This document shows positions 1 through 12,480 of a stretch of 64,000 nucleotides of DNA, in pieces; within the stretch, counting starts at the first letter, position 1; the number at the start of each line of letters is the position of its first letter. Below the pieces are notes generated by a model that saw nothing but the letters and a program-made list of their open reading frames with translations, was not told the origin of the DNA and did no database searches. This stretch comes from Takakia lepidozioides. Lineage: Eukaryota > Plantae > Bryophyta. The translations under genes and the position numbers were made by a program. The stretch is taken from positions 74,648,001 to 74,712,000 of the forward strand of contig CM060732.1 of NCBI GenBank assembly GCA_030704615.1. Direction: 5' to 3'.

Positions 1-1274
1 ATAAGTTCTTGCTGATGCCTTTTGGGCTCACCAACGCACCCACGACCTTTAGCACGCTAATGAGCAGCCTTTTTCAGAAGTGGTTGGATGACTTTGTGAT
101 CATGTACATCGACGACATCTTGGTGTACTCGAAAACAAAGGAAGAGCACCTGGAGCACCTCAAAAGGGTGTTCCAGAAATTGCGGGAAGAGAAACTGTAC
201 GTCAAAGCTTCAAAATGCGAATTCGGGGTCACAAAAGTGGAGTTCCTAGGGCATGTGATTACACATGATGGGATTGAAATGGATGACAGATTAGTGAGGG
301 CGATTTTGGACTGGGAGCCTCCGACTTCGATCCCGGGAGTGCGATCCTTTCTAGGACTCGTCTCCTATTACCGAAAGTATGAGAGAAATTTCGCCAAGAT
401 CGCGGGGCCGTTGTCGGACCTTCTGTATGTCCAAGGTATGGGTATGGAACACCTTTTGTGCCCAAGCTTTTGCCGAGTTGAAGCATCGGATGGCGGAAGC
501 TCCGGTCCTGAAAATCCCGGAGTTCGACCGTCCATTTGAAATTCATACAGATGCATCGGACTTCGCAATTGGGGGTGTACTCATGCAGGATGGACGTCCA
601 GTGGCTTACGAAAGTAAGAAACTGAATGAAGTGGAGCGACGGTGGATTGCGCTCGAGAAAAAAATGAAGGCGATGGTGCATTGCCTTGAGCTTTGGCGCC
701 ACTATGTTGGTTCCAACCTGGTGAAGGTGTTCACGGACAATGTCACGGTGAAGTATTTTGCCACGCAGCCTAAATTGTCCCCAAAATAACTTAGGTGGCA
801 AGACACTTTGGCGGTGTTCGACGTGGATATTCAGTACAAACCGGGACGGGACAATGTGGTGGCTAATGCTTTAAGTAGAAAACAACAGCTCATGTTGGTG
901 TACAGGGGCGAGACGGCGCTCCAAAAGAAGATCCGGAAGGCTTACCGAAAGGATGAGATGGCGAAGTCTGTGATGCGGGACTTGAGGATGGGGGTTAAAT
1001 CGCAGTTCCACTTGCATAATGGACTGATTCGGTACAAGGGAGGGATCAGAAATAGTCTCTTGAGAGAATGTCACGATGGCCCGCTTGCGGGCCACGGCGG
1101 AGCCAAGCGCACCGCGGCACTCTTGAAGAAAGAGTATTTTTGGCCCAAACTGAGGGAGGAGGCCGAGGAGTATGTCAAGACATGCACCACATGCCAACAA
1201 ATTTAACCGGAGCGAGTACAAAAAGCAAGCAGGGTTGTTACAACCCTTGCTGATTCCAGAGGGGTCTTGGGAAA
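1..1274 (+). mobile_element. Ty3/Gypsy LTR retrotransposon pol, 5' part (RT, RNase H, integrase zinc finger); degenerate
   Basis: ORFs 9-539, 379-789 and 808-1206 contain MPFGLTNAP, YIDDILVYS (RT), TDASDFAIGGVL (RNase H) and the H..H..C..C integrase zinc-binding motif; frameshift and stop codons present; interrupted after PEGSWE by the CACTA element. Confidence 0.95.
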
Positions 1275-1483
1275 CACTACAACAGATGAGCGTTTTTATG
1301 ACTTCACATATGACTATTTTTTCAGTCTTATATGCGTTCATGACTACATCACTCTGTAGTGAAAAAAACCCTGTCATAGCGACTAGTCTTTAGGACTGCG
1401 TTTTGCAAGTCATATCCATGACTGCTTGCGTGGCACCTGGAGTCCTGCTGCAGAAAGGGTTGCAGTCACAACCTTATGACTAA

Positions 1484-1900
1484 TATATGACTACATTGTC
1501 TGTTGAGCGCTGCGTACATGGAGAGGCTTCAGCGGGACACGTGCGCCACTGCGCAAGCGACACGTCATGCATTCGTCAGGGGATTATATGACTATATGTC
1601 TGCAAAGTGATGCCTACATGGAGAGGCGACGGATGGACACGTGCGCCACTGCGAATTTGACATGTCACGACTTCTTGCCATAATCATATGACTACATGTC
1701 TACACAGTGATGCCTACATGGAGAGGCGCTAGCGAGACACGTGTGCTATGGCAGATTTCACACGTGGTGACTACATGACTCGCTCATATGACTACAGGGA
1801 TGTCTACATGGAGAGTTGTTAGCGGGACACCTGTTGCACTTGAGATGTGACATGTGGCACACAGACAAAATATATGACTAGCATATATGACTACGGATCT
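1484..1900 (+). repeat. CACTA subterminal tandem repeats (~100-bp unit, about 4 copies) rich in ATGACT motifs
   Basis: Recurring ATATGACTAC...TACATGGAGAG...GACACGTG units; ATGACT/AGTCAT motifs also cluster next to both TIRs. Confidence 0.8.
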
Positions 1901-2451
1901 TTACACGTGGTGAAAATATGGATAAAGAATGTCGTGTCATATACTGCCACGTGTTCTGGTTTGAGCAAGAGTGATGCCACGTGTCATCAAGATTGTTTTC
2001 CGAAATAGTTTATATTTTTCATGTTCATATTTTATTTTTTAGTTTTCATTTAATATTTAAAAGAACAGGGAGATTGCAGCCTTGGATTTTTTTTTAATGG
2101 TATTATTTTTAATATTATTATTTAAAATGAAAGTGAATTAAATGATTTAAAATCTTCATTACATGGTGAAATTCCAACATGAAAACAGAATGGATCCCTC
2201 CTGCATACTATCAACCACAAGGAAAATATAAATAGTCAACTACAGGGCAATACAAGCCCTATAAATCACATTACAAAAATCCAAATGAGACCAATATCCC
2301 AATGGACACCTCAAAAGCCACAAGGTCAAAAAATCCATGCCTCAAAAGGCCCAGCCAAAAACAAGCAAACCCACATATGGGCTGAATTGTTGTAGCTAGT
2401 ATGTTCTAGTGCTATTAGAATCAAGAACTCTGTTAAATAGTGCAATACTGA

Positions 2452-5400
2452 CTATCCCTTCCGCAGCTCCATAAGTTTCAGTAACTTTAGACTCTAAAGT
2501 GTTGTCTGGCCAACCACCTGTCCCAACTCGGTCTGTTTCCTAACACCATTCACATATGGTAGAGGGGTGTTACTGACACATGCCTCTTTGATGTACACAC
2601 AGGCATAATCAAGGGGCACAGCAGGGTACCCGTAACCCACCACAGCACCTTGAAGAGCAACAATCAGCCCTACTCCACATTTCTTGCGTTTGGAGTTCAC
2701 ATCCAACAGCCGAACCTCGTCACCCACCCTGAAATGTGATCCCAACTCCACACAAAAAAGAACACAATGTGAAAACCCATGACATACACACGACTAGGAC
2801 ACTCAACATTTGTGAGTTAAAGAGAGCCCCAAGGTTGGAAAAAATAAAACAAACAAGACAACGGCCTGGACTTACTCCATTTGCAGTCTCCAGTGGTGGT
2901 GAGACCTCTTTTGGGGGCTACTCGCCGGGTCGACACTCTTGCCCCTCGTCTGTACCGGCTTGTCGACAATATCACCTTTGTTTGTCACAAGTTCCTGTGT
3001 CACAGACCAGAGAACAACCAGGAAAGCAATGAGCAAACATGAATAGTGAATAGAAACAAAATCCAAGTATGAATCAAACAAAAAAAGCCAACATGAAAAG
3101 CTGCAAAGAAAACCTAGCATTAATCAAGCAACCGAGGAGAAGCATCCAGGAAAACAATGCAATGAATGAACCCACAAAAATGTAGCCTCTGGAGCACTGT
3201 CAGAATGTTTGTACCTTCACAGTAGCAGTGTTGTATGGTTGTTGTCCGAAAACAGGCTGAGACTCCAAAAACTTGGGAATACTGGCAGCTTTCGATGCCT
3301 TCCACAAGAAAGGCCACAACACCTCTGTCAGATACTCATCAGTTGGTGAATCTGGTTGCACCTTCCATGGCTCTAGAAAAATCCCACTGAAGGGAGGATT
3401 GTTTGCCGCCTTTCTTGGTGTGTCGTCAACAAAAACAGTGTCATCATAAGTCCATTCTGGCCAGTCTGCCCACACTGTAGACAAGTTCTTGAAATATAAT
3501 GGCTTTGAATCAGACCCCTTACGGCATGGGAGGACTGGATCCTCGTCACAGTGAAGGGCATCCCACTGGAAAACCAGGTTAGTGTGGGCTGCAAAAATAT
3601 AGTCCACCATTGGGAAGAAGTTGCGAGCTTGGCAACAAGACCACACCGCCACCTCAAAGTGTTCAAAACACTTTTGCAAAAAGTCATAACAGCGTGGTCT
3701 CAAAACTACCATCTTCTTGCCACACATCTTCCCCACAAAACCTTTGGGAAGGGATGCAGGCCCATTAGCAGAATGAAAAGATTCACATAACAGACCATTT
3801 AAGTCCAGAATTAGTAAATGCTTCCTCGTTGATCCAGGAAGTAAACTGACATTTGGCTTCAACATGTGAGCAGGAGAAATTAAAGCAACATGCTTGTTTG
3901 CGCGCGCTCACAGTATACGAAGGCCTTGCCGTGTCAGGATTTGCATTCCCACGTCCCGCCATGTCCGACGCCCCTGGACTGCTACTGCCTTTGTACGTGG
4001 CAAGGGCTAAATTTCCACGTGTACCTCACAGCTGGCCTTCCCTGTATCCTGCTGCTGCTCGGTCAAATTCAAAAGATCATCAGTGACAGGAAGACATAAG
4101 GGCTTAGAGTGAGCACCAGTTACCGTCTGAAATTGGGATTCCAAACATTTTGATACTGTCACAGCAGACGTATCCATCGTAGATGTCACTGGTCCTGCGC
4201 CTGGTAGATTAATCCCCAATCTGGTCACAATGGCTTTCTTGTACTCAATCATACTCTGCATCTGTAATTTTAATTCTGCCATGTCACGTCCTTGTGATTC
4301 CACCAGTTTGTCCAAGCCATCCATCCTGCCAACTACTGTAGAATATGTGAGACTTCCCTCGTGCCAATCCATGAAAACTTGCCCAAGTATGAATCAAACC
4401 AAAAAAACCTAGCATGAACAACCATTGGAAAGAAAACCCAGGCCAAAAGCTGTGAAAAAAACCCTAGCAACCTATGATGCAACAACCACTCTAGCAAACG
4501 TGGAAAACACACTTACCCGCCTGTCACTCCCAGCTGACAACCGTGACACTGAACCCTCTTGAATTTCATATAATGTAGGAGGGCACCCTGATAGTGTTTC
4601 CTACAAATTAATCCATGCCACAAACAAACCCATGCCACAAGTCAGTAAGCAATGTGAGGGCTGACTATATACACATAGCAATTCAATGAGGAACAAAATA
4701 CAGAGTCGTGATGATACCACTTACCAAGCGTGCTTCCACCATTGCCTTCCCACCACGGCCAGTCTTGGTAGGATTCAGAATTGCACCATTTGCCTTCTTC
4801 ATGTTGCCCGACACTTTGTGGAACACCTCTGTCTGCCAGTAACTTACAAGCTTGTTCCATACCTCATCAGATACAGTAATGGGTTTCCCCTTACCACCCA
4901 ACCACGCAGTGTGTGCTTCATAACGCTGGCTCTTCATTATTCTGCCAATTGTTTGTTTTAGGTGGAAGTCTTTTAACTCGTGTGGCGTATATGAAAATAG
5001 CTTAGCTAGGTGATCTCTGATTTCATATACAACTTCATCAGGTTGGTTGTTGATGGCAAGGGAACAATCTAGCTTGCGATAAGCCTGTCCTTTAAGGGCA
5101 GCGTGCCATACATTCCGGGTCTGACCATACGGGGCTCCTTTGAGGTTCGTCAAAATCACCGTGGGAGGAAGACCTGCAGCTATTCTCTCTTCCTTGACCT
5201 TGGCAGCTTCAATTTTGGCTGAGCTATTAGCCCTCCTTAAAGCATTGGTTCTATCATTCTTTGAAACGGCACCCTCCCCTCCTTCAGAGACCTCCGTGCG
5301 CTCAGGAGAATTCAAAGCAGGATCCTGCCAAGTAGGGACTGGTGGCCATGGCTGTTGGCCAGAAGGCCGAGGACCATACTGGCCATACTGTCCATAAGCA

Positions 5401-6640
5401 GGAGGATATTTTGGTGGCCTGCCACCCCCATAGCTATTAGGGGGTGGCAAATATGGTGGAGGAGAATACTGGCCATACTGCCCATATGGAGGAGCACCAT
5501 ATTGACCCTGACTATACTGAGTGCCAGACTGTGGGTACTGAGGCATACCATAATAAGGTGGGGATACTGGTGGCACAGAACCCACAACGTTGGGAGAGTT
5601 AGGGCCACCTCCTCCGTTCTTGTGGGCGCCATCTCCATTGCTAGCAGCAGGGATCGTGGATCCAGTGCGCTTGTGCTTGCCCTGAAAAGAAATTCCCCCA
5701 GTACAATGTGGGTGATTACACATACATATAGGCAGCAAGCAGCAAATCCTTGAATTCAGGCAAAACAAACTGGAAGCACATATCATTTATAAAGACAAGA
5801 TTACCCAAAACTCAGTATGATCTTGGGCAGTAAATCTCCCAAATTTGATTGGCCCCAATGATGTCCTCCCAGTACATTTTTGAGCCCTCTTAGGTATGGG
5901 GTGTTCCTGAAATCCATAGCAAGAATTCAAATGGACAAACCTGATGGGTCCATGAGAAGTATCCCTCCAAGTTTTACTGATATTCTGGGTGCATAAGTAA
6001 CCCAAGTATCTCTATAAGTAGCCATTGTAGCTTAGTACCAGGACGTTGGTTTCATGGGGCAAAGAATTTGAACACACCTGAAGTCTACATTGGCCTGACA
6101 TCATGCCTTTGGCACTTCAACTTGTCTAGTGGAAATCATTTGTGATTGTGCCTTGGCTGACCCTTGCATTGTCCAACTTCCATGTCTTGACAGACATACC
6201 CTATCTCTTCGTGATTTTACCAAAAACATACATAATTTGAATCATGGTCATTGTGAAGAACTATAACTCACAGACGGAGAAGGTGTTTGTAGTGTAGATG
6301 ATGGGCATTTTTGTCCTGTGACATGAACATGGGCATGTTCTCCTCGGCTTGCCGTGGCATCCGCCGACGACGCACTCGCCTCGCACTGGCGTGGGAGGAG
6401 TGGATCGTCCTCATCGTCCTCAGAAGAGCCCTCATGCAGAATCGTAGTCTTCATCGTCTTTAGTCTGGCACTTTGCCTTGCAGGACCCACATCCCTAGTT
6501 TTTTCCTTTGGAGCGCGTGGCTTGCGAGGGCGATTTGCTCCCGCAAGCCTGCACAAACACCTCCATGACCTCCCTTTCAAACAATCACAAACAAATGTAA
6601 GCATACATACCCTAATACTCTTAAGCCTACGCTGAACCAC
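2452..6640 (-). pseudogene. CACTA second gene (TnpA/ORF2-like), multi-exon: low-complexity N-terminus, Ptta/En-Spm-like region, coiled coil, FCP1/NIF HAD phosphatase-like domain, C-terminal Tnp1/En-Spm-like domain
   Basis: Exons inferred from GT-AG sites: 5681-4725, 4600-4517, ~4370-3912, 3845-3215, 2994-2876, 2728-2452. Junctions 4725/4600, 3912/3845, 3215/2994 and 2876/2728 keep frame. In-frame TAG stops at 4007-4009 and 2494-2496; acceptor near 4370 and the 5' exons (~6250-6640) unresolved. Confidence 0.7.
3215..3845 (-). CDS. FCP1/NIF (CTD small phosphatase-like, HAD superfamily) domain exon inside the CACTA
   Basis: Motifs LLILDLNGLL (motif I), RPRCYDFL..CFEHFEVAVWS (motif II), YFKNLSTVW (motif III Lys), TVFVDDTPRKAANNP (motif IV). 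Confidence 0.9.
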
Positions 6641-7150
6641 AGCCGTACCCTACCAGGACGTAATGCCTGCCCACGAATGACGGCGGACATCTCCCGCCTA
6701 ATGACACACCCTCCTCAAACCTAATCGTCACTCACTGCATGTTGTTTGCCTCTCTGTTTGTACAAATCGCAGCTACTCGCCCCCATTTGTGCTATGAAGC
6801 TTATGATCGTTGTAGGAAGGTTAGAGGATAAGGCAAATCGCAAGTTTAGTGGGTGGGTATCCAAAGTCAGGAACTAAACTCACCCATCTATCGACTGCTT
6901 GAACGTTGCTTCCACCTCCTTTATGGCAGCAATCCGGCGCTATCGGAACTTCTCGTACTCAGTGAGAGGGACTGTCACTTCGAAGACCTTCCGCTTCACC
7001 ATGGACACTCAGAAACGATACTTATAGTATACTATAGATATAGAAATAGCACATTGGCAGCTGGTGCAAAACTAGAGACAATGCACTGTGCGTAGCATGC
7101 AAAGAGGGAAGGGGTGACGTTCAAAGCATGTACAGTGCAGTGGCGAACGG

Positions 7151-10100
7151 ATGCGTAGGCGTACAATAGATGACCGTCTATGGCGAATGGAAGAAGCTTA
7201 TGCCACAAGGAATGGGCATACAAAAATGCTATGCAACTGCGATGAGTGTCATGGAGGAAAAGTACTGTTGTTGGAAACAGTGAGGAATCATTACATGATA
7301 CACGGGAGGGATCCTCTTCTCCAACGCTGTTCTCTTCCGGTAAATCGCCACTTTCCCTTCAGCACTTTAGTTTGAATTTTGAATGCAACGATCATCTTCT
7401 CCACATGTCGACATTTCGTTGGGTGATTGTAGTCAAGAAGTCATAAGATACAGACGTGACTATGACTACGCCACTTCCGTTATCACTTTAATTAATGCAC
7501 ATGTCGTGTTTTCATTGGTCATGTGTAGTCATGTAGTCATATATGACTAAGTAAGTGACTGCAACTATGACTTCAATGGTTACAAATGTCGTGTTTTGAT
7601 TGGGTGTATATTCATAAGATACATACGTAAATATGACTGCATCACTGCAACGTCACCGTGCCTCCTATGTCATTATATGAACAAGTGTCACATCGTTGTT
7701 GGTCCACTCACAAGATGACTATTGGGATGCAGGGATGTGAATATTCAGATGATGAAGACGAAGGCCCTGCGGCACAGCGGGAGCCCAATGTCATAGAGAA
7801 CGCAGATGAGAGTGGTGGATTGGAGGTAGAAATGCAGCGTGCATTGCAGGAAGCGTTTCTATTTGCAGATGCAAACAGAGAGGACCCCATTCATGGTGGA
7901 ACCGATCACACATTTGCCGATCATGATGATGATCTCGACGATTCCGGAGACAATGAATTTGATGAGAATGCTCACCTACACGTTGATCCCGAGCATGATA
8001 AACTCTTCCGAGCGTCGCAATGTCCACTTTTCGAAGGGTGCTCCATCAGCCGGCTGCAAGCAACTTTGACGTTGCTGAACGCATGCACTACCCACAAGTG
8101 CACCAATGCATTTGTGGATGAGCTTCTGGGATTGTTGCGTAAGAGTTTTTTGCCTAAAGAGAATTCATTGCCGAAAACTCACTATGAAGCAAAAACCATG
8201 ATTGCCAAGATGGGATTGCAGTACATGATGATTCATGCCTGTGAGCGTGGTTGTGTACTCTTCCGTGGGGAGTATGAGAATGTAGACATTTGCCCAGTGT
8301 GCCGCAGTTCCCGTTACATTCCAGGTCGTGGAAGTGTGCCCAAGAAAGTATTGCGACACTTCTCTGTCATTCCAAGGTTGAAACGTATGTACCGATGTAA
8401 ATCGATCGCTAACCTCATGACATGGCACAACAGACATAAGAGCCAGGATGGGTTGGTTCGACATCCAGCTGATAGCAAAGCATGGAGACACATTGACACC
8501 ACATTTGCGGATTTTGCTGCAGAGCCACGATCTCTGCGATTTGGATTGGCCTTAGACGGTGTAAATCCCTACGGAGCTCAATCCACAAGTTGGAGCACAT
8601 GGCCCATTCTCTTGGTCAATTACAATCTGCCTCCGTGGTTAATGACCAAAAAGTTCTTTGTCATGTTAGCGCTACTGATTCCTGGTAAGGAGTCTGTTAC
8701 CTCGGACAACGTAGATGTTTACCTGATGCCCCTAGTGGAAGAGCTATTGGAACTATGGAGAGGGATTGCAGCTCATGATGTTTCCCGTCCTCGTGGTCAA
8801 CGCGAATTCACACTAAGGGCAGTGTTGATGTGGTCAATCCATGACTACCCTGCATATGGTTTGTTCTCACGTCAAGTGACGAAAGGTTATGCTGGTTGTC
8901 CAGCTTGTGGACCCGGGGTGACTTCACAGCAGTTACACACATGTGAAAAAATTGTTTTCCTAGGCCACCGAAGATTTTTGGCCCGCAATCATCCATATAG
9001 AAGGTCAAGAATGTTCAATGGCGCTACTGAGCATGGAACTCCTCCAAAAACGCAGACTGGAACACAAATCAAGGACCTTGCAACAGCTCGCACTGCATGG
9101 GTGGAAAACGGAGGGACGCCAGATAGCAGGACAGACCCAGCAAAAACTCATGGAGTTAAGCGATTGTCAATTTTATATGTCTAACCTTATTGGGAGGTAA
9201 TTCCTTCATGGCCTTTAAATTGGCTGTGTATATTTTTGCGTTTTCTGTTTAAATTGTGATGAGTAAATGCTCAATTGCTTATGTGTTCATTTTGTAGGGT
9301 CTCCTCATCCGCCACACGTTTGACGCAATGCATTGCGAGAAGAACTTGGCTGAAAATACTATTAAAACTATCTTTGGTGAGAAAGACACATTGAAAGTTC
9401 GCCGTGATTTGGAGCTACTTGGGATGCGCCCGGAATTGTGGCTACAATGTGATCCTGACAGAGCAGATACGTTAATTATGCCTCCTGCCCCTTATATCCT
9501 CACTGAGGCTGAGTTACAAGTCTTTCTGGAGATTGTGCAGAACTTGAAAGTGCCAACAGGCTACGCATCAGCTTTCAAAAAGCATGTGGTGAAGAAGAAG
9601 TTGTCAGGCATGAAATCACATGACTTTCATGTGCTCATGCAGCAAATTATACCGCTTGCTATCCGTGGGCTCATGCCAAGTGGTCCTCGAAGGGCCATTT
9701 TGCGAGTATGTCGTGTATTTAAGAAGTTGTGTGCAAAAGTGGTGAATCATGTAGAGTATGAGGAATTGAGAACTGAAGCAGTTCTCACTCTGTGTCTTAT
9801 AGAGAAGGAGTTCCCACCATCATTTTTTGATGTGATGACACATCTGGTTGTTCACCTAGTGGATGAGTTGTACTTATGCGGGCCCGTAGCATCTCGTTGG
9901 ATGTACCCCATGGAGCGGACAATGAAAGATATGAAGGGCTACGTAAGAAACATGGCAAGGCCCGAGGGGAGCATGGCAGAAGGATACCAATTTGAAGAAG
10001 CATTGGGTTTTTGCACAGAGTATATGGCAGGATTTGATGAAAGTGTACATCCCCCGGCATGAACACAACAAGTATGGTGTCTTTTGATTGTGGAGTCTCA

Positions 10101-10712
10101 TCTGTTTTCCAGCACCAGCCCATTACCAACAATTCAGGCAATGACATGGAGGAACCTACAAGATATGTGGGTCTTATAAGGGAGATTTTGCAAATTGACT
10201 ATGGCCAAACATAGCCTATAGTGTTTTTGTGTTCGTGGGTACGGGCGAGTCGCGTGGGTCGTCAACCTATGTCAATGAAGCAGGATGATGCTGGCTTCAC
10301 ACTTGTCAATTTTAACCGTATGCTTCCACCTTTTGAGCAACCTTTTGTGTTTCCTGGCCAGGTTGATCAAGTGTTTTTTTCTGATTGTGTGAAGGAGCCG
10401 GGGTGGAAAGTCGTCCTGGAGAAGAGCCCCCGAGCACGTAGAGTGGTCTGCGATATATCAATTGATAATGATGATGTGGCGGAAGTGGAAGGATTGTTAG
10501 CCCCACAAAGACTAGAGGAGACTGTGGTTACTGATGGCCCAATATGCAGCCGAGCGGTACCGGTTACTCCAGAGCAGGTGGCCTCCTTGTACCTCCGAGC
10601 ACCCCGTATACGTGGTGATGATGTTCAGCCAACCCTTGGACAAGATGAAGTCTGTGATGAAGACAGTGATACATGTAGTGACCCAGACATAGATGAGGAT
10701 GATGAAGATTAG
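7151..10712 (+). pseudogene. CACTA transposase (TnpD/Tnp2; transposase-associated, Transposase_21, DUF4218- and DUF4216-like regions), spliced and degenerate
   Basis: CNCDEC...VRNHYMIHG exon (7151-~7339); IHACERGCVLF, HPADSKAW, LALDGVNP, YNLPPW, HDYPAYG (7658-9184); MHCEKN, MKSHDFHV, WMYPMER, PEGSMAEGY (9328-10062); QPFVFPGQVDQVFF...GWKVVL (10221-10712); TAA at 9182 and a deletion near 10050. Confidence 0.95.
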
Positions 10713-10809
10713 ATATGCGCGATTTGTGCACTCCAATTATAGACCATGCATGATAGTTTAAGGTGGTAACACTCCCTTCGCATTCCCATTAAGATATCAT
10801 GCTTGGACA

Positions 10810-12480
10810 TTGGATTTTATGATCAATTATGGAGTGCTTTCCTTTCAGCACCCTTTATTCATTTGTTGTTGCAATTGGCTTTGGACCAACCCGTGCTGGT
10901 ACCATTGCCATGGGTTCTGCCTGCAATGTTTTCTTGCCATGGATTCGGCACACGCCACAAAAGGCCATCCAGACCATCCTCTGGAAATGCTCCAATGTTG
11001 TTTCAAACATCTCCACATTGCAATGGATACAACACTGACATTAGATGAGTGAAAGTGAGACTAGACCTCCAGCCAGCCGGCTTTCCCACATCAAATTGAA
11101 GGGGATCTGTAGATTATAGATAACGGCTGTTGCCTTCTCAATGTCTTTTCCAATCACCTCTGCAATGAACTGGGGTATAAGATCCTTCAAATCACAAGTT
11201 TGAGCATCACGCACAAGCCACTTACGGGGATAGAGTTTCCAATGCGAACTATTGGTCTTTTATTGATAGCATTGTTGTAAAATACATGGACCAACATGGT
11301 CAATTTCGGGAATGACGTATAGTACGCTTTCATGTACTATGTAAGCATGCAACTATGTACCAGTGACGTGGCTTGTTCGCCACTTAACCTATTTGCCCAT
11401 TCAGCCAGCTCCACATTGTCATGGATTTTGCATGCTGGATTGTGAGGCCATCCACACCGTCCTCTAGAAATGCTATCATGGGGTTTCAGCTATGTCCACA
11501 TTTCCCTAGATTATGCCTGCACGAAGCAAGGCCAACTGCATTCAACACCCTCCACTTTATTATAGTATTGCAGCAACATTCAAAGCACTTCAATTTGTAT
11601 CCATCGAAAACATCTAGGCTGGAAAAAGACATTGTTGCAACAGAACTTAGGAAAGTACTTCTCCCCTTCCACTACACACGTGAAATGAAAGAAGCCAACC
11701 AACAGCATACCAGCCAAGAAAATATTAAACCAGCCAAGAAAAGAGCCAATATATGCAGTGAAGGTCGACACTAAATGAAACTTATCCAACACTTACATTA
11801 GAGGAGGGAAGCTAAGTCTTACCTCCATAAGCTTGCCCACATCAAATTTGGGAGCTTTCAGAATTTCTCCTTTCCGGTTGAATGAACTTGGCTACAAGAT
11901 CCTTCAAATCGCAAGTTTGAGCTTCACACACAATGAACTTGCAGGGATTGAGCTTCCAATGCGAACCATGAGTCTTATATTGATAGCATTGTTGTAAAAC
12001 ACATGGACCAACAATGACAGTATCTGGAATGACATATAGTACAACATGCCGCTTCCAGTTGACCATCTACCCATGTAGGTTTTTTGTACCTATCCTTCCA
12101 CAGGGAATCATAGGTAATGTGGAGCTTGAAATCCAGCCCTCTTGGATGAATCTGGACCCACACTCTATCCCTGCTCCTTCAGCTATCCATGCCTCTGACA
12201 GCCTACAATTCTACCAGCAAACACCCCAACCATACTGGTGTGGAGTTCTTCCCCAAAACACCCCAACCCTACTTATCACAATCTGAAATGCATCTGCTTC
12301 TCTCTGTAGTCCAACAGGCATTCGCCTTTTTGTCTCCATTGTCCCACCATTGGGGTCGGAAAGTGTTCACCCCAAAGCTTCTCCTCACCTCTATTATATG
12401 TTTTTGGATACTTCCCTGCTGCCACACTGGCAGTAACTTGCCAAAGTCACTCCAAACCACCACAGATGTACCCAACGACC
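10810..12480 (-). pseudogene. Unrecognised passenger gene in the CACTA with an internally duplicated ~50-aa domain
   Basis: ~11170-11330 and ~11885-12045 are diverged copies; one minus frame is conserved (VLYVIP....VGPC.LQQCYQ.KT..SHWKL.P.K..V..AQTCDLKDL...FI) with synonymous third-position changes; several stops; gene limits approximate. Confidence 0.5.

Noticed and set aside
259-1377. Long minus-strand ORFs (180 and 168 aa) and similar shadow ORFs elsewhere
   Set aside because: Antisense to recognisable coding sequence, with no motifs of their own
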